Source of the DNA: the human T2T-CHM13v2.0 reference genome, Homo sapiens
Assembly: GCF_009914755.1 (NCBI RefSeq)
Contig: NC_060929.1
DNA: 64,000 bases
Reading direction: 5' to 3' (one strand)
The notes beneath the pieces are model-generated. The model searched no databases. It saw only the letters and a list, made by a program, of their open reading frames with translations, and was not told where the DNA came from. Below, one piece after another: positions 1 to 12,819 of the stretch; the first letter of the stretch is position 1; every line of letters starts with the position of its first letter. A program made the translations under genes and the position numbers.

Positions 1-974
1 TCTAGAGCGTTGCTAGGGTGACACTGTAATTCAAAGGACAGAATATCAATAAAGCCAGGATGTACAGGAATGTAAACAAGCTTTAAAAAAATAGTCCAGG
101 TGTTTGTTAAATAGACCACAACGGGACAGGTCCATTATCATTGCAGAAAGCTCTGTACTTAGTATGTCCAATTATCTAAATAGCTCAAAAACATAATCAA
201 TCCATCAGTAGTATTCAGCTTCTAGCTCTGATATCTGATTGTGAATTCTCTGTGTTTATTCATATTTCTGCCAAATGTCGATCCAGAAATGTATTAGCAT
301 CTGCCAGTGATGAATAAACATAAGACTGTGCTCCTCCTGCAATTCTTAGTCGGGCTCATGGAACAAGGGCTAGTCCAATCCATACCCTGTGGATGTTTCT
401 TCACATCACAGAGCTGTGTTATTTTCTTTAATCGAGTCAACATAGTCAAGAGTCAAGAATGATTCTAACCTTGAATCTTTGGCCTTCAGCGGCAGCTCCA
501 CATTTTTCTCTGCACTTGCCCTACCTAGACTTGTGCATTTTAAAAGGCCAGCTCTGGTTGCTTTCTTGTCCTTTAATTTTCTTGACAGGCAAATACTTGT
601 GGGATTCCAAAGATACTGGTTCTGCACATCTCTTGGGGCTGACAGCATCCACTAGTGCTTGGGTGGAGAGAAGCATAAAGGGAGAAGAGTGAGACCTGCT
701 GCAATGCCCAGTCACCCCAGGCTTCTGAGAGTGAATGTGCCCAGTGGCTCTGGAAGTCTTTCTCTGCTTGCATGACATGCAGTGTTGTATACTAAATCGC
801 TGTTACTTAGTCCCTTATGTACATGTGTTGTGGGATCCACCTATTCTTGTGTCGGTATAAGAAGAGGTAAGGCAACTTTGATTGGCATGAATGTGTCACA
901 CACGGTGCTGTGTGGACATGCCAGTGCTATTCATTTCTTGAAGCCAGTTGCATTGTGAGTATCAACAAATTTTC

Positions 975-1332
<358 letters not shown>

Positions 1333-1944
1333 TAAATTGAACTGGGCACCCTCTTTGATCTCACTACTATTGTTTTTAGGGGTCATGTTCTGTAGTTCAG
1401 CCAAAAGTGTAACAGAGGCTAATTGAACCCAATGTTCCATCTATCAGCCTGTCTTTTGCCAGTCTGAATAGGTAAAGGGACTTTCAAAGTATATGTCCAA
1501 CTTGGTGCTTATCTGCATGCGTGGGGCCCAGACTAAACACTCAAGTCTCCATTCTATGTGGGAAAACCTAACAGAGTCATCCAGCATATTTGAGAGAAGG
1601 AAATTCTTCGTAGCATTTCTTTGTCCATGGGAGTGTGTTTGTGTCTGTGTGAAAGAAAAAGAATGTACGTATGTGTGTGTTGTGTGTGCTAGGAGAGAGG
1701 TGTTTGCACTTCACCAATGTTGTTACTTACCCATAAATGTCTACCCGTAAACTGAGCTACCTGCTCCCACCTATTAAGAGAGTCTTAGAATACTAGTCAT
1801 ATTAATAACCCTATTACTTTTGTTATAGTGAATTCTAACCTTCTCCTGAGCATTCTAAGTTCTTTCGTATCTTCTTATTTGCTGTTCCATCTACTGATGA
1901 TCACATCTTCAAATAATGAACTTCTCTTTGTCCTTTAGGACCAT

Positions 1945-2300
1945 GCCTTTAGAAAAGCCTTCCAGACCTTCCGAGTCCCCAACAGTTCATATATGCCATT
2001 ACCAAAGTGCTTAATACTAAATTTTATAATATTTGTTTACAAATCTGCCTCATTTGTAGATTGTGAGCCCCAAAGTCAGCTAGCAGGCAAGTTACTGAAA
2101 GGATTAGGCATTCAGTTTTCGAATTGCGTGCTACTTAGCAAGAAAGTTTATAAAAAATTGAAAATATCTTTTGGCTAGATTGTTTTTCATTACACTTTCA
2201 TATCCTCAAAGGCAGGCATTGTATTTTCTCATCTCACGTCCCAGAAAACTAGCACTTCTGAAACAATGCACAGTAACGTTTGCTCCGTGAATGAATGAGT
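1945..2300 (+). mobile_element. L2 LINE 3' end, interrupted by a 128-bp insert
   Basis: TAGATTGTGAGCCCC...GGCAGG...TGAATGAATGAGT resembles the L2 3' terminus. Confidence 0.6.
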
Positions 2301-2334
2301 GGTTGTTACTTTCCAGCTGAAAATATTTCAATGA

Positions 2335-3185
<851 letters not shown>

Positions 3186-3580
3186 GACACTATAGTACAT
3201 GCTGGAACATATTCAAGTATATTAGTTTTTTTTATCGTTTTTTTTTATAATCAGAGGTTAAAGAAACTAGAAATGGGCTAATTGGAAAAGAAGAAAGTAA
3301 TCTTTGCATTTTCACTATTTGCAGAGATGTGTCTTCTCCTAAAAATGATAAAGCCTGCTCTTTCTCTACGACCCAGCTCAGGGGTGTCCTCTGTGTATTC
3401 TCACTAAATTCCTGGAGGCAGAAGTGTTTTTGAGCTCTCACTCTCTCCCTTGCTCTCTCGCGCTCTCTCTGTCTCTCCCTCTCTATTGTGTTATCATCAT
3501 TTGTTTAATGTTTCTTAATTATAGGACTTTTCAGACCTTGTTTCAAAGACTTGTGAACACATTTACTTCCTCTGCTAAAC

Positions 3581-3832
3581 CAGTGGTTCTTAACCAGGAG
3601 CGATCTCCTCCCTCTTACTTGCAGGGATGTTTGACAATGTCTGGAGACATTTTTGGTTGTTACAACTGTATATGTTGTGGGGAGAGGGGATACTACTATA
3701 TTTTAGTGAGTAGAGGTCATGCCGCTGAACATTCCCCAGTGGGGACAGCACCTCACCCACGGCCCCTGACTTCTGGACAACTAAGAGTTACCCATCTCAT
3801 AATGTCAATAGTGCTGAGGTTGAAAAATGCTG
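3581..3832 (+). mobile_element. MER20 (hAT-Charlie MITE)
   Basis: CAGTGGTTCT...AATGTCTGGAGACATTTTTGGTTGT...AATGTCAATAGTGCTGAGGTTGA; 8-bp TSD TGCTA(A/G)AC at 3573-3580 and 3833-3840. Confidence 0.92.
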
Positions 3833-3920
3833 TGCTAGACTATGAACTCTTTGAAGGCAAGAAGTGTTTCAATTCATCACTAACTGTTTTAAAAATCTCT
3901 AGAGTTTAACACAAGGTTTG

Positions 3921-3922
<2 letters not shown>

Positions 3923-3957
<35 letters not shown>

Positions 3958-4431
3958 CCATATATATATGTCCCATATATATATGTCCCATATATATGTA
4001 TGTCCCATATATATATGTCCCATATATATATGTCCCATATATATGTGTCCCATAGATATGTCCCATAGATATGTCCCATATATATATCCCATATATATGT
4101 CCCATATATATCCCATATATATGTCCCATGTATATGTATGTCCCATGTATATATATGTCCCATGTATATATATGTCCCATGTATATATATGTCCCATATA
4201 TATGTGTGTCCCATATATCTATATGTCCCATATGTATATATAGTCCTATATATATATGTCCCATATATATAGTCCTATATATATGTCCCATATATGTATA
4301 TGTCCCATATATGTATATGTCCCATATATGTATATGTCCCATATATATGTCCCATATATATAGTCCTATATATGTCCCATATATATAGGACTATATATAT
4401 GTCCCATATATATATAGTCCTATATATATAT
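3923..4431. repeat. Compound micro/minisatellite: (AT)16 followed by (AT)n-GTCCC units with AGTCCT variants
   Basis: Directly visible; embedded in an L2-like 3' end that resumes as TGAATGAATGAATG near 4460. Confidence 0.98.
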
Positions 4432-5348
4432 GTTCAGATAATGTTTAAGAAGTGAATAATTGAATGAATGAATGGTTGGATAGGTTGATAGATGGATAAG
4501 CAGACAGATGGATAAATGGATGAATCAATCAATCACTCTAGGACTACTTCCTAGCCCTTTCAATTCTTGGAAGCATTTGCTTTCCAAGTCAGAACTGCTA
4601 TTTATTATCTGAATTAGAGTCTAATCAAGCCACCAACCAAGATGCTGACCTGACCAGCTCTCATTTTAAGCATGTGCTTGACCAGAGATCTTAAGACATT
4701 CATTATTAGCAAATATTACTAGCCCTTTTCTGGTTGTTTGGTAACAGAGTTATTTATATTCTATCCCATTGTGCTGAGCACGTTTCCCCTATTTTATCAT
4801 TTAGCTTGCCGTTGTAATGCTTCTTATAACTGCATTATTTTCTGAGGCTGTTGACAAACCTGATGTGACTCTCAGATTAAAAACCCTTCTGATGAGTCTG
4901 CTCTCTGTGTCCCTTTTAGGCAATAAGACTCGGTCATGATCCTCAAGGTGGAAGACAAATGCATTTTCTTTTGGTCAGTGTCACCAACTTAAGTTTCAAT
5001 CAACTGTCTTGTATTTTGGTTTGTGATTTTCCAAGTAATCAAGTATATCTGGAGATGAGAAAATATGACTCATTTAGTCTGAGACAGTCCGTCAAACAAA
5101 ATCTATCCACATATTATGAAGTCTTTATACCTTTTCTCACTTGTATTATTTCTGCATTTGCTATAGCAAGTGCTCTATGGATCTTAGGTAAAAGAATATG
5201 TGAGTCGCATGCGATTTATGCAGCTGGTTTCTGAAGTGGTTTCTATGTATGCATATCCTCACCATATTATGAGCTAGCCCTGGTCAATAAATATCGTGAC
5301 TACTACTTGAATTGCTACCCTTCCTTTCAGGCTGGCTCTATTATTTAA

Positions 5349-5353
<5 letters not shown>

Positions 5354-5406
<53 letters not shown>
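5354..5406. repeat. (TA)26 microsatellite
   Basis: Pure alternating TA, 53 nt. Confidence 0.99.
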
Positions 5407-5407
<1 letters not shown>

Positions 5408-5564
5408 CTTTAAATAAAAACAATAGTAAAACCTAACACAACAGATTTTCCCTGGAAATAGAGAAATATCCAGGAATAATTTGAATTCCTTGAAATTTAC
5501 ATTATTCAGTAAAAATTCTGTGGATAATTCCAAGAAAGCCTATGTCTAGATTGATAAAACGTAA

Positions 5565-5879
<315 letters not shown>

Positions 5880-6305
5880 ATATTAAAGATTAAAAAAAAA
5901 ATAAGATGAAGGAATTATTGGGGTATAGGTAGCTCGGCAAATTTATAAACTCTCAATACGGCATGCTTTTCTGCTATTTTTCTTATTGTGAATTATAGTT
6001 TACATAAAATGTTGCATGAAATGGAAGTATGTTATTTAATGGACAAAATAAAATGATTGGCATGGACCAACTATGAGGGTAAGAAATTGGACGTTATCAT
6101 ATCTGAGACATCTTTATGGGCTTCTTGAATTCAGTTCTTTCTTCTCCCCCTATGTTTTTACTAGCTGCTAGCCTGAGTTTTGTGTTAATTATTTTCTTTG
6201 ATTTTATTTGTAATTTTCATCCCATGTGAAAACATACATGGGATGAAACAATATATCGTTTAGTTTTACCTGGTTTTTAAAAATACATGTGGCCATGCAG
6301 TGTAT

Positions 6306-6459
6306 AGTAGTCCATCTTTATCTTCGGTTGTGATTTCCATGGTTTCAGTTACCTGAAGTTTTGACCTGAGGTCAGAAAATATTGAATGGAAAATCCCCAA
6401 AATAAACAATTTCTACATTTTCAATTGCTCACCATTCTGAGTAGCATGGTGAAATCTTG
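6306..6459 (+). mobile_element. MER44/Tigger7 5' fragment
   Basis: TTTCCATGGTTTCAGTTACC...ATGGAAAAT...TTCTGAGTAGCATGGTGAAATCT; aligns by eye to the longer copy at 43712. Confidence 0.8.
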
Positions 6460-6976
6460 TAATTGAATAACAACTAACAGAGGTTTATTTCTCTCTCCTG
6501 ATATGTGTGCATCATGGGTGGGCTGGGAATTTGCTCTATGTCTTCTCCACTCCAGGACTCACGCAAAAAGAGAAATTCCAAATGGTAACATTGCTAGGGC
6601 TGTGACAGAGGGAAAAGACCACCATTCACCCTTTGTCACCTGTCCTTTACGAACCCAGAATCCAGTCCACATTTAGTTCTCATATCTCATTGTTCTTCTT
6701 CAATCTGGATTAGTTCCTCTGTCTTTGTTTTCATACCTTAACATTTCTGAATAGTACAGGCCAGTTAGTTTGAAGAATGGCCCTTAATTTGGTATCTGAC
6801 ATTTTCTTGTGATTCACGCTTTTTGAAAGAAATTCCACGCAAGTCATATTGTGCTACTCTCAGTGAATTTTATCAAGAGGCAGACAACATTGATTTATCC
6901 CATTACTGGTGATGTTACCTTTTATCACCTGTTTAGGATGGTGAATGGTAGGGCCCTCCACTCTAAAACTAAAGAA

Positions 6977-7228
6977 TTGGTTACATGAGTAAGTTCTTTA
7001 GTGGTGATTTGTGAGATTTTGGTGCACCCATCACCTGAGCAGTATACACTGCACTGTATTTGTAGTGTTTTATCACTTGTCCCCTCCTACTCCTCCCCCC
7101 AAGTCCCCAAAGTCCATTGTGTCATTCTTACACCTTTGCATTCTCATAGCTTAGCTCCCATATATCAGTGAGAACATACAATGTTTAGTTTTCCATTCCT
7201 GAGTTACTTCACTTAGAATAATAGTCTC
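6977..7228 (-). mobile_element. L1PB-like 3' UTR fragment
   Basis: TTGGTTACATGAGTAAGTTCTTTAGTGGTGATTTGTGAGATTTTGGTGCACCCATCACC...GAGTTACTTCACTTAGAATAATAGTCTC. Confidence 0.85.
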
Positions 7229-7468
7229 ATCTCATAGTTTGGCTCATCTCATATTTTTCCTATTGAGATAACCATTTCTCTAAAGAGAATAGCATTTTAA
7301 AATGGTATTTAAACCCCAAATCTGGGTATTCAGTAGGCTCACTGCTACTGAGGTATCATTGCTTCTAGGTCCTCTTAGCAAACACAGATAGAAAATATAA
7401 GTGTATATGTGTATGCACACACACACTCATACACAAAAGTACATCTACATGCTACTATGTCTAGATAG

Positions 7469-7561
7469 GTTAAAAGCTGTGAGTTTACACTGATAATCTC
7501 TGACGCTAACTAAATGTTAAAAACTGTGAGTTTACACTGATAATCTCTGATGCTAACTAAA
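7469..7561. repeat. 47-bp direct tandem duplication
   Basis: GTTAAAA(G/A)CTGTGAGTTTACACTGATAATCTCTGA(C/T)GCTAACTAAA twice. Confidence 0.97.
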
Positions 7562-8132
7562 CACTGTAACGTTTATTCTAGTGTTCCCTGTTCCATGTTC
7601 ATAATTCCATTCTCCAACAGTGAAAAACCTGACTTTCATGACTCTCAGTCTATTTACTTATTACTTATTAAATCAGTTTACCCTGCATGTAGTCAAATAC
7701 CTGGACGAGTCAGCCCAAAGGTGAACCCTCAGACACTGGCAGCCCTCCCCCACCGGCCCCCACTTCTTTCAGGCATGCAAAACAAGAGCTCCAAAAAGAA
7801 GGGAAAGGAATAAGGAAGGAAGGCCAGTTAGATAGCTCAGCCCTGGGCATGGATGCTGTCCATTTGAGATGGCAGCCCAGGGCCAGGACCCGGACATCCA
7901 TAAGCGCAGGTCAAAATCTCACATCCCCACAAAGGAGAGGGAGAGCTAGAATAAGAACTGCATAATTTTAATGTATACAAATTGATCAAAATTTTCCTTT
8001 ATGGTTTCTGGTTTTTTACATCTTGTTTAAGTAAGCTCTATGCCGGAGAACATTAAGATAGTCTCAAATATTGTATTCTAAATGTTATATATTGTTACCT
8101 TTTATGTTAGGTCTTTTAATGTTCCTGGAATT

Positions 8133-8170
<38 letters not shown>

Positions 8171-8358
8171 GGTGAAAATTTGGGTTTTAAATTATTTCTC
8201 TTTTTCCACATGGATAACCAACTGTCTCAGTAACAATTATGGAAAAGTCCATCATTTCCCTACCTATCTCTATGCTACATTTCTAGGTTCTCTACACTGT
8301 TCCATTAGTCTGTTTGTCAATTTCTGTATTAATACCACACTGTCTTTGTTACTGGACT

Positions 8359-8530
8359 TAGGACTGGCTACATATTTTGCAGGATACAGTGTGAAATGGA
8401 GATGCAGAAACCCTTATTACAAAATTATTAAGAATTTCACGACAGTGACAGCAGAGGACCAAGGACAGAGCTCTTCCAAGTGCAGACTCCGTGTGATTGC
8501 ACAGGTCACCCATTTATGATGCTGGCCCTG
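8359..8530 (-). mobile_element. MER45A (hAT-Tip100 MITE)
   Basis: GGCTACATATTTTGC...AAAATTATTAAGAATTTCA...TGCACAGGTCAC...GCTGGCCCTG. Confidence 0.8.
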
Positions 8531-8704
8531 GCTAGAGCTTTTTTGTCTTGATGTGTTAGGGAATTACCCTAACAGAATGTCTGGCTTCTTCCAACTCCGT
8601 AAATTATTTTTGTTTTTGCAGGAATCCACTAAATATCAAATTCACAGCTTTTATTCCCCCAAATATGTCTACCTCTTGTAGTGTGCTCTTCCAAAAAATT
8701 ATTT

Positions 8705-9161
8705 TTTCTTTTCCTAGGGCTGCTGCAGCAAAGTATCACAAATTCAGTCGCTTACCACAACGGACATTTAGTGTCTTAAAGTTCTGAAGACTAGCAGTCA
8801 AAAGTGAAGGTGTCAGCAGGGCCATGCTCCCTCTGATATCTGTAGAATGCTATTTTTCCTTGCTTTTCCTAGCCTCCAGTGGTGGACATCAATTCTTGCC
8901 ATTCCTTTGCCTGCAGATACATCACTCCAATCTCTGCCTCCATCTTTACATGACATTCTCCCTGTGAGTCTCTTGTCTTTACATAGCTGTTTGTTTATAA
9001 GGACAACAGTCAGATTAGGGGCCAAACCAACTCCGGTATGACCAAATTTTGACTAATTACATCTGCAGAGACCCTATTCCAAATCAGTTTATATTCTGAG
9101 GTATTGGGGGTTAGAACGTTCAACATATCTTTTGGAAGGCAGACCTACAATTCAACCCATA
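8705..9161 (-). mobile_element. MaLR solo LTR, MLT1B/C-like
   Basis: TTTCCTAGGGCTGCTG...AAGGTGTCAGCAGGGCCATGCTCCCTCTGA...TTACATCTGCAGAGACCCTATT...ACAATTCAACCCATA. Confidence 0.88.
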
Positions 9162-9303
9162 TGTGCAACCATGAAGTTCAGAGCTAACTCTAAAGCTCTG
9201 TGATAGCAACTATGGTTTCCATAGCTCTGTTTCTTCTTTAAAAATAGAAAAAAAATTGTTTTACTGTATACATTTAATGTTCACAACATGATGTTTTGGT
9301 ACA

Positions 9304-9638
9304 CAGTCATGTGCCACATAAAGATGTTTGGTCAACAATAGACCACATATAGGATGGAGGTCCCATAAGATTATATTATACATTTACTGTACCTTTTCTA
9401 TATTTAGGTACGCAAATCCTTCCTACTGTGTTATACTTGCCTATAGTATTTAGAACAGTAATATGCTGTACAGGGTTGTAGCTTATGAGCAATAGGCTAT
9501 ACCATATAGCCTACATATGTAGTGGGCTATATACCCTCTAGGTTTGTGTTAAGTATACTCTATGATGTTTGCGCAATGATGAGATTGCCTAATGATGCAT
9601 TTCTCAGTATGTATTCTGGTAGTTACATGACACGTGAC

Positions 9639-9640
<2 letters not shown>
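9304..9640 (+). mobile_element. Tigger3a (MER7A), TcMar-Tigger MITE
   Basis: Termini CAGTCATGTG / CACGTGACTG; internal GGTCCCATAAGATTAT and GAGCAATAGGCTATACCATATAGCCTA. Confidence 0.92.

Positions 9641-9641
<1 letters not shown>

Positions 9642-9682
<41 letters not shown>
9642..9682. repeat. (TA)20 microsatellite
   Basis: Pure TA run abutting the Tigger3a right end. Confidence 0.99.
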
Positions 9683-9686
<4 letters not shown>

Positions 9687-9883
9687 AATGATAACTACAG
9701 GTAAGCAAATTAATATATCCATCATCTTCTATAGTTACCTCTTTTATTGTGGTAAAAGCACTTAAAATATACTTTATTAGCAAATTTTTAATATATAATA
9801 CAATATAATTAAAGCTATAGTCCTGCTGTGCATTAGGTCTCTAGAATTATTTCATTCTACAAAGCTGTAAATTTGTATCCTAT

Positions 9884-10120
9884 GATGGAGTGCAGTGGCC
9901 CGATCACCGCTCACTGCAGCATGGACCTCCTGGGCTCAAGCAATCCTCCCACCTCAGCCTCCGAATAGCTGGGACTACAGGCACATGCCACCACGCCAAG
10001 ATGATTTTTTGTTTTTGTTTTTTGTGCTCAGGCTGGTCTCAAACTCCTGAGCTCAAGCAACCCGCCCACCTTGGCCTCCCGAAGTGCAAGGATGACAGGC
10101 GTGAGCCACCATACCCAGTC
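9884..10120 (-). mobile_element. AluJ-type SINE, tail-less with internal deletion
   Basis: TCACTGCAGC...CCTGGGCTCAAGCAATCCTCCCACCTCAGCC AluJ diagnostics. Confidence 0.9.
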
Positions 10121-10639
10121 TATTTCACTTTTAAAAAGATTCTATGTAGAAGATCGATCATGCAATATTTTTCCTTCTCTGTCTGGCTGATTTCACTTAG
10201 CATACTGTCCTTTAAAAAGGACATACTGCCATTTGCAACAATGTGGATGAACCTGGAGGACATTATGCCATGTGTTTTTTTTTTTCTTCTTAAAAAAGGT
10301 TCAACATGTGTATAATCCAAGTAGTCTAACTCTAGGACCTGAAATTATAACCATCACATACTCCCCCTCCTCAATAAATTTGTGTATAGATTGGCAAGTT
10401 TGCATGGAAACTAAGCAATACCTTATTTACTAGTTCTAAGTTACATTTAAACTAGACTTATTTATTTCCATTCATCACATGTTTTGGTGTGTGTCTCTAT
10501 TAGAACTACCTTCAGTCTTTTGTGGAATGATGCAGACAGTGAATGGATACTTACAATTATGTAAGTAAATACAGTAATATTGCTCTGTTGTCACACAAAC
10601 CTGCAACCTATCCACAAATTTCATTTGAGAAGGGAGACT

Positions 10640-10790
10640 ACGTGATGGTTATCATTTCAGGTTCTGGGGTTAGACCACCTGGATTTATACACATTTTGAA
10701 CCTTGTTTAAGTGATATAACTGCCTTTGGTCTCAATTTTCCTAAATTTTAAATGAGAATAAAAGTCATACCAACTTTCACTGCTGCTACA
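10640..10790 (+). mobile_element. MIR SINE fragment
   Basis: GTGATGGTTA...TCTGGGGTTAGACCACCTGGATTT...CTCAATTTTCCTAAATTTTAAATGAGAATA. Confidence 0.55.
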
Positions 10791-11233
10791 TGATAAGTAC
10801 TCTGTGAATATTAGGTTTCATTAGATATCATTGTACATGTAACTATGCTTAAAAAAAACGGATATGTAAATTTTGTAAAATATCAATCATAATCTCTGCT
10901 CCAGGTGGATTAAAAAGAAGCTCATTCTTTTATCTATTCCATAGATATTCATTGATTGTCTAACAATTTTAGGTATTTTTCTAGGTTCACTCATTTGTCC
11001 TCTAATTCTAAACCAGTGCCCAGCACATAGCAGGTGCTCAATAAAAAGAAATGTTGCGTGGATGAAAACAAAGTACTTGCCATCACAGACCTTATAATCT
11101 AATTGGAGAAAAGAGACATTGAATAAATACGTAAAGTAAAATGCTATTATGTCCTATGAAGAAAAAGAAAGTAAGGGAAAGAAAGAGTGATGCGGTGGGG
11201 GTAGGAAGTTATTTTAGAAAATGTACTCAGAGG

Positions 11234-11546
<313 letters not shown>

Positions 11547-11883
11547 AGAAAATGTACTCAGAGGATGCATTGCTGAAGAGGTAATATTTAAGGAGAGACC
11601 TGAATGACCTAACTGTATGCCAGGCAGAGGAAATAAAATACAGAAGCCCTCAAGTGGGACTGTGTGTGGTAGGTTTGGAGAATAGCAAGTGGTCATTAAG
11701 TTAGTAAGGCAGAGTTCTTTCCACTGGAGATAAATACTAATTCTACATACTGTTCTACACATGTAAAAGGAGTTCAGTTTGTAGTATAATAGTTCAAATA
11801 AGGGAGAAAGAATTTGTTGTATCTGGAATAGTCACTGAAAACCTTGCAAAGGAGGAAAGTTTTAAATGTGGAAGAGAGCTCCC

Positions 11884-12506
11884 TAGCATCTTTCAAAATG
11901 TGCTCAGGAAAAAGCAGCCTCAGTATCACCCGTCTGGGAACTTAGCAGAAATGTGGACTCTCAGGGCCCACCCCATCCTATTCCTGGGGATGGGACCCCA
12001 CAATTGGTGCTGTTGCAAACTCCTGGGGTGATTCTTATGCATACCAAAGTTGAGAAGCTCTGCTCCAGCATTGCTTCCTGAGCTTTAACAGAAACGCACA
12101 ACACCTTGGGGGTTAGTTAAAATGCAGATACTCATTCAGTTGGATCTGGGGAGGGGCCTGAAATCTGCATTTCTAACAGGCTCCCAGGTGAGGCAGACAT
12201 AAGCAGTCCACAGACTGCACACAGGGGCCTAAGAGTTAAGGCCAACTTTTTCTCTAAAGGGTCAGATAGTAAATATCTTAGGATTTACAGGCCATGTGGT
12301 CTCTGTTACAACATTGTGACATGACAGGAGCCGTGGACAATACATAAATGAATGAGTACATTCTGTAAAACTGTTATTGGACATTGAAATTAGAATTTCC
12401 TCAAAGTTTTATGTATCTCAAAATATTATTCTTCTTTTAATTTTTTTCAACCCTTTAAAAACGTAAAAGCTATTCTTAGCTCATAGGCCATAGTTGCTGA
12501 CTCCTG
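11884..12506. mobile_element. Three abutting hAT-Charlie MITEs: MER5A-like, MER5B-like, MER58B
   Basis: GGTGATTCTTATGCATACCAAAGTTGAGAAG; GTTAAAATGCAGAT...TCTGCATTTCTAACAGGCTCCCAGGTGA; TAAAGGGTCAGATAGTAAATAT...ATTCTTAGCTCATAGGCCATAGTTGCTGACTCCTG. Confidence 0.8.
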
Positions 12507-12819
12507 GCCTGGAATATAGTTATGTCGGACAGGGAAGTTCTATGTTCTTGTTCCCCATTTGTATAATCAGTGCCAAGCATTTAAATAGGAGAAAGCTTCA
12601 AAAGATACATTTCTCCAAAAGAGAAAAAAAGTCTTCAGAAGAAACATTTTCCCATTGTTAATAGCATGTAAAGTATCAGTAAATATAATTTATTAAATAT
12701 AGTACATAAATTCATTTGTACATAAAATATGGTGCACATTCTATGTTTATATGTAAAAATTCATGGTTGAAGAAACTGGAGAGAGATTAACCCAGAAATG
12801 ACAAAAGGTAAAAATGATA

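Larger units (their letters stand above)
6640..7680 (-). mobile_element. Old L1 (L1MC-like) 3' region, interrupted by a younger L1 fragment
   Basis: AGTACAGGCCAGTTA...CCCATTACTGGTGATGTTA...CCAACAGTGAAAAACCTGAC recalled from the L1MC4/5 3' UTR. Confidence 0.65.
9255..10268 (-). mobile_element. L1MA-like 3' end with nested Tigger3a and Alu and an inverted 5' segment
   Basis: CAACATGATGTTTTG...GTGAAATGAT...CAAATTAATATATCCATCA...GATCATGCAATATTT...TTTCACTTAGCATA; segment 10212-10268 is L1 in the opposite orientation. Confidence 0.8.

Noticed and set aside
3424-3909. 161-aa ORF
   Set aside because: Non-ATG start, spans a CT tract and MER20, no recognisable domain.
3889-4388. Overlapping 96-147 aa ORFs with MGHIY/WDIY/CPIY repeats
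   Set aside because: Translations of the TA/GTCCC minisatellite, which lacks stops in several frames.
3923-4431. Repeat array as CRISPR-like
   Set aside because: No unique spacers; human simple-repeat DNA.
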